Below the pieces are notes generated by a model, which saw nothing but the letters and a program-made list of their open reading frames with translations, was not told the DNA's origin and searched no databases. Made by a program: the position numbers and the translations under genes. Below are positions 59,873-64,000 of a stretch of 64,000 bases of DNA, one piece after another. The number at the start of each line of letters is the position of its first letter. The stretch's first letter is position 1. Source of the DNA: Podarcis erhardii (taxonomy: Eukaryota); assembly GCA_964252035.1 (NCBI GenBank), contig OZ176213.1; one strand, given 5' to 3'.

Positions 59873-61372
59873 GACATACCTTAAGGTTAATCATGTGGCA
59901 TACTTCTGAGTGCACAATTGCAACTCAAAGCCCTCTCCTGGCACCTGCAATTTATATGGGTTGGGGTAGCTCCTATTGGAGCAAACAGGACTTCCCGCTG
60001 TTTCCAAACACAGGTGTGTGCAGAGAAAATCCAAATTGGGACTGCAGTGACAGGGGATGCTAGGGATACCGCCCCCAGTCTCATGCCAGAATCCAAAGCC
60101 AGATCAGGGCACAGGGAGCACTGGCTGGTTCTGCAAGAAAAATTGTACCCTCAGGGGCGAAGCTCACCATTAATGTTGGATGTTGTGTGGTCTTCAACTC
60201 GCCAGTGCTGCTCCATACTCAGGTCTGGACTCCCAGGACCAGCCTCCATTGCGGGCAGCTGGGCTCACCAGAAGCAGGATAGTGTGGCTCCTCCCCCTTT
60301 CATTGGGTCTTGTGTGGGAAGAGGCGGGAAGAGTCAGCCTGTGCCAAGCTGCTGCCTTCCGGGTGTCATTGGACTACAACACCCATCAACCCTAGCCAAC
60401 ATAGCTGTGTCCCCATCAGCCTTGGTGCTGTGTGGCTGGAAATGGTTGTAGTCCAGCATCTGGAGGGCACCAGCTTGGGGAAGGCTGCCAAGTATTGTGC
60501 TGTTGTTGTCTGTTGAATGTCTCAGTTGCTCCCATCTCTGAAGGTTGGATCTCTGCTTGTTTTTGTGATAACCTGTGAAGTCAGGCATCTGTTTTAAGAG
60601 TTGAGCTACCTGGTCTTCTTTGTGATGTGTCTTGTATACTGTAAAGAACTTTGGGTGCCTGGAATCCTGTGAGGAAGGTATTCTGTCCCCTACTCAAAAG
60701 GTGTCAAGGAGTTTTGAGTGGTGGTGGTGTAGCAAATGGAGAAGCAGAGAGGGAAAACTTGCACCGACTCAATGGACTGAATGGCAGCTAGAGATGGGTT
60801 TTGAGAAGGGGTGCACCAGAAAATGTCCAGATGGATGGATAGATGGATAGATAGATAGATAGAATAGATAGATGTCTTCATGTTTGCAAGGGGGAGTGGA
60901 GTATGTGCCATTTGGATTTTCCGCCTTCGGCACCGAAATATTTTGAGCCAGCCCTGCATCTTGGATCAAGGCTACCGTTAATTCCACACAATGTGTTTTC
61001 ATCTCAATCAACGGTTTGTTTCCTTGAAGAAGAGTAAAGTTGGAGATGATTTCACATTATCTGGGTGATTCCCATGACAAAAAGGTTTATGTTTTGAGAT
61101 GGGGTATTTGGATGGCTGAGCTCTGGGCGGATTTGCCTTCATTCTGGATAGTTGTGCGATTTTAACAATTTGGGGTTTTGCAGTTTCTCTTTGTGCTCCG
61201 AGAATCCCAATTTCAATTTCAGGCAATCCACTTAAGGCTTTAAATCCTATCTCTCTTGCAAAAGGACTGTTGATTTGGAGTGACAGATGGATCCAGGCTT
61301 TCATGTTAATTTGCAGGAGCTGGTGAGCTGGCCAAACTTGCTGCAGCAGATCCTGCCCATGGCATGTGTGGC

Positions 61373-61413
<41 letters not shown>

Positions 61414-61900
61414 CATTACAAACAAGAGCCGCTCCCCAAAATAAGATGTGCCAAGACGCCTTAACAGCACAGATGAGAACAGTACCACCATCTTAGTAGC
61501 TGCAAGTTTTAAAAACAAAACAAAAAAACCCTCTGTGGCCTGGAAGCTCATTTCTGAATACCAGACTTTGTACTTGGCCATGGAAAAGAAGCAGCAAAGT
61601 AGCTGAGCACATGTACCTCAGGAGCACCTTGCATATTTAGGGCCACCACCAAGAATGCCCTGCCCTAGAGATCATCCTTAAATCAGCAAGAGCATCCTTT
61701 GCTAACCTGATGCCCTCCAGACGTTCAGGACTACAACACTGGTCAACCCAAAACTTCCAGCAGGTACCACCTTGGCAAAGGCTGAGGGCAAGGATGTCAG
61801 CGAGCCTCCCACCCTCTTTGATGAAAGCAAATGAGGAAGCACATATAGCCTTAAAAAGTTACCTTTGTCTTTGTTTAATATCCATTTTTTTCTCATTCAG

Positions 61901-62005
61901 ATTTTTATCAACAATGAATGGCAAAACTCAGAGAGTGGGAAAGTATTCCCCGTGTCCAACCCTGCAACAGGAGAGCAGATCTGTGAGGTGCAAGAGGCTG
62001 AGAAG
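61901..62005 (+). CDS. ALDH1A2: ALDH1A2 exon 2 (IFINNEWQNSESGKVFPVSNPATGEQICEVQEAEK)
   Basis: Polypyrimidine tract plus CAG acceptor at 61898-61900; 105 nt in frame with exon 1; GTAATG donor; typical ALDH1 IFINNEW...NPATGE motif. Confidence 0.97.
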
Positions 62006-62587
62006 GTAATGTATCCTCGGAATTTGTCTGCTCCTCATGACACCTGGTCTGCCCTATCCCTTGGCTCAGGCAGAGAAACAGATTCCTTCTCACCCTCCAT
62101 GTGACAACAGTTCAGCTGGCAAGTGGGCACTTTGCCCACCCAAGGGCCCTCTCTGCCCATCTGAGCCACTGCCAGCCATTGGAGATGGGCAAGGGATTAA
62201 GAAGTTTCCTGTGTGATGAAGAAGCAGAAATATTTATCTGGTAACTTCTCGAAGCACCTCCACCCTCACCTGGCACAATCAGGGTTGCCCTCTCCCGATT
62301 ACCTGGGAAATGGCAGGCTGTGTGCAAATGGAGAAGGGCTCTTAGGCTACCTCCAAACCTCAGTGCCCCAACCTCTCTGGCCTCTGGAATGGAACTGCAG
62401 CCACAGTCCCCTGGGAGGGTCTTCTGTGCCTGAGGAAGGGGCACTCTGAGGCTTGCCCTCGCTGCCCAAAGTGTGTCATGAGAAGCATCTATCTGCCCTC
62501 TTCAGCCAGGCGGCCTTGCGGCCCTCCCTGGGCAGCAACCCAGGTTACCTGGTTCCAGTTCATGGTTGTCTAAGTCAGCCTCATCTT

Positions 62588-62986
62588 TTTTAAAAAAATA
62601 TATATTTTTATTAGCTTTTTAAGATATCATTTTCAACAGTAATTAAACATACTTTTACATCTTATTCAATTTTTTTGACTTCCATCAGTCCTGAAAATTT
62701 TCCAATCTGATCTCTCAGTATGCATTTCTTATCTTCCCTATTACATTTCAAACTCATAACCAATATCTCTATCTTTTTCTACTTTGTAACACTTTGTATA
62801 TTTCTCCTTACAAAACTTCTTGTAGTCCTACTAGCGTAATTTGTTGGTTACAGTTGCTCTCAAATAATTCATATACTTCTTCCAATCTTCTGTAAATCTC
62901 TGGTCTCATAGGTTTCGAATCCTTCCTGTCATTTTGTCCAATTCTGCATAGTCCATTAATTTCATCTGCCATTCTTCTTTCGTCGG
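62588..62986 (-). mobile_element. L1-like LINE, 5'-truncated, in ALDH1A2 intron 2
   Basis: 16-bp TSD aagtcagcctcatctt at 62572-62587 and 62987-63002; minus-strand aataaa plus A-rich tail; PTKEEWQMKLMDYAE...EDWKKY peptide typical of an L1-type ORF2 end. Confidence 0.8.
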
Positions 62987-63332
62987 AAGTCAGCCTCATC
63001 TTAACCCTGGTCCATTCCAAGTGCTTCAGACTACTGCTTTCTGCTATAACGCCAGATCATGCCTTCTTTTCACCTGTGCATATTTTAATCCACTGAAAGA
63101 CGCCTTGAGTCTTTTTGAGAGAGAAAAAGTGTGTAAGGAATTTAATAAACTGCACTAGTGAAATGGGTGGGAACAAATCCTAAATGTCTTTTGTGTATTT
63201 TTCAAAGACACCTATCAGTCAGTCCATCAATCCACCGACATCTTTTCTTCCCAACAAGGATTGTTTCTGGTGCTGTGTTTGTACTTTGTATTCATTAAGG
63301 TTTCTCTCTCCTCCCCACCCCCCCTTTGACAG

Positions 63333-63473
63333 CCTGACACAGACAAAGCCGTGAGGGCCGCTCGCCTCGCCTTCTCTCTGGGCTCTGTGTGGAGGAGGCT
63401 CGATGCCTCGGAAAGGGGGCGTCTTTTGGACAAGCTGGCTGACCTGGTGGAAAGAGACAGAGCCTTACTGGCT
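63333..63473 (+). CDS. ALDH1A2: ALDH1A2 exon 3 ([47 protein letters not shown])
   Basis: Pyrimidine tract plus AG acceptor at 63331-63332; 141 nt; GTAAGT donor at 63474; sequence matches ALDH1A2. Confidence 0.96.
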
Positions 63474-63781
63474 GTAAGTTTTGCAATGGGACTGGTGGGA
63501 GCGGGGCGCTGTTTTTTCTGCCCGCTGAGAGTACTGTTAAAAATGCTTCGGGCATCAGAATATGACATGCAAATAAGTTTGTTTGGTGTGCTTTTAAAAA
63601 CATTTTATTAGAGCTGCCACCCAATTAAAAAAAGAATGATTTTTGTTGATTTGGTAGTTCAGCCATGGTCAACCTGGGACCCTCCAGATGTTGCTGGACT
63701 CCAACTCCCATCAGCCCCAGCATCATATGGTCAGACTGGCTGAAGCTGATGGGAGTTGGAGTCCAAAATATCTGAAGGTTG

Positions 63782-64000
63782 AACAACAACAACAACAACA
63801 ACAACAACATATTTGTACCCTACCCATCTGTCTGGGTTGTCCCAGCCACTCTGGGTAGCTTCTAGCATATATAAAAACATAGTAAAACATTAAACCTTAA
63901 AAAGCTTCCCTATACAGGGCTGCCTTCCTAAAATATAGACAATTGCTCACCTTCTTGACATCTGATGGGAGGGCATTCCACAGGGTGGGTGCCACTACCC
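63782..64000 (-). mobile_element. L2 LINE 3' end with microsatellite tail, running off the window
   Basis: Homologous to the 16990-17190 L2 tail; (aac)n at 63782-63808. Confidence 0.75.

Noticed and set aside
62808-63020. 70-aa minus-strand ORF in intron 2
   Set aside because: An off-frame reading of the L1-like relic.

Overview
Vertebrate genomic DNA from a squamate, most likely a lacertid lizard (Podarcis/Lacerta-type Sauria SINEs, RTE-BovB, L2, CR1 and L1 relics, Tc1/mariner and hAT MITEs). The window holds the head-to-head AQP9 / ALDH1A2 (RALDH2) locus. AQP9 coding exon 1 is on the minus strand (12542-12643); no further AQP9 exons were found, so they presumably lie left of the window. 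ALDH1A2 is on the plus strand: exons 1-3 at 34097-34213, 61901-62005 and 63333-63473, all with GT-AG junctions and phase 0, and a 27.7-kb intron 1. Both genes have recognisable TATA promoters. There is a 129-N assembly gap at 53657-53785. Almost all other ORFs in the track are TE relics or chance ORFs. No prokaryotic-type system (CRISPR etc.) is present. The most unusual observation is an LTR-like repeat (8501-9081) whose reconstructed ORF reads Trp-studded acidic region, then Ser/Pro linker, then a basic (W/R)RSLRL motif, with two other acidic-ORF repeats nearby. Also notable are a divergent CTCF-like pair between the genes, several TE-free Hox/Pbx/Meis motif blocks around ALDH1A2, a (CA)23 tract in the inferred ALDH1A2 5'UTR, uORFs in the inferred AQP9 leader and a dateable layered BovB/SINE insertion. 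All regulatory calls are motif-level inferences made by eye, and repeat family names come from recognition, not a database search.
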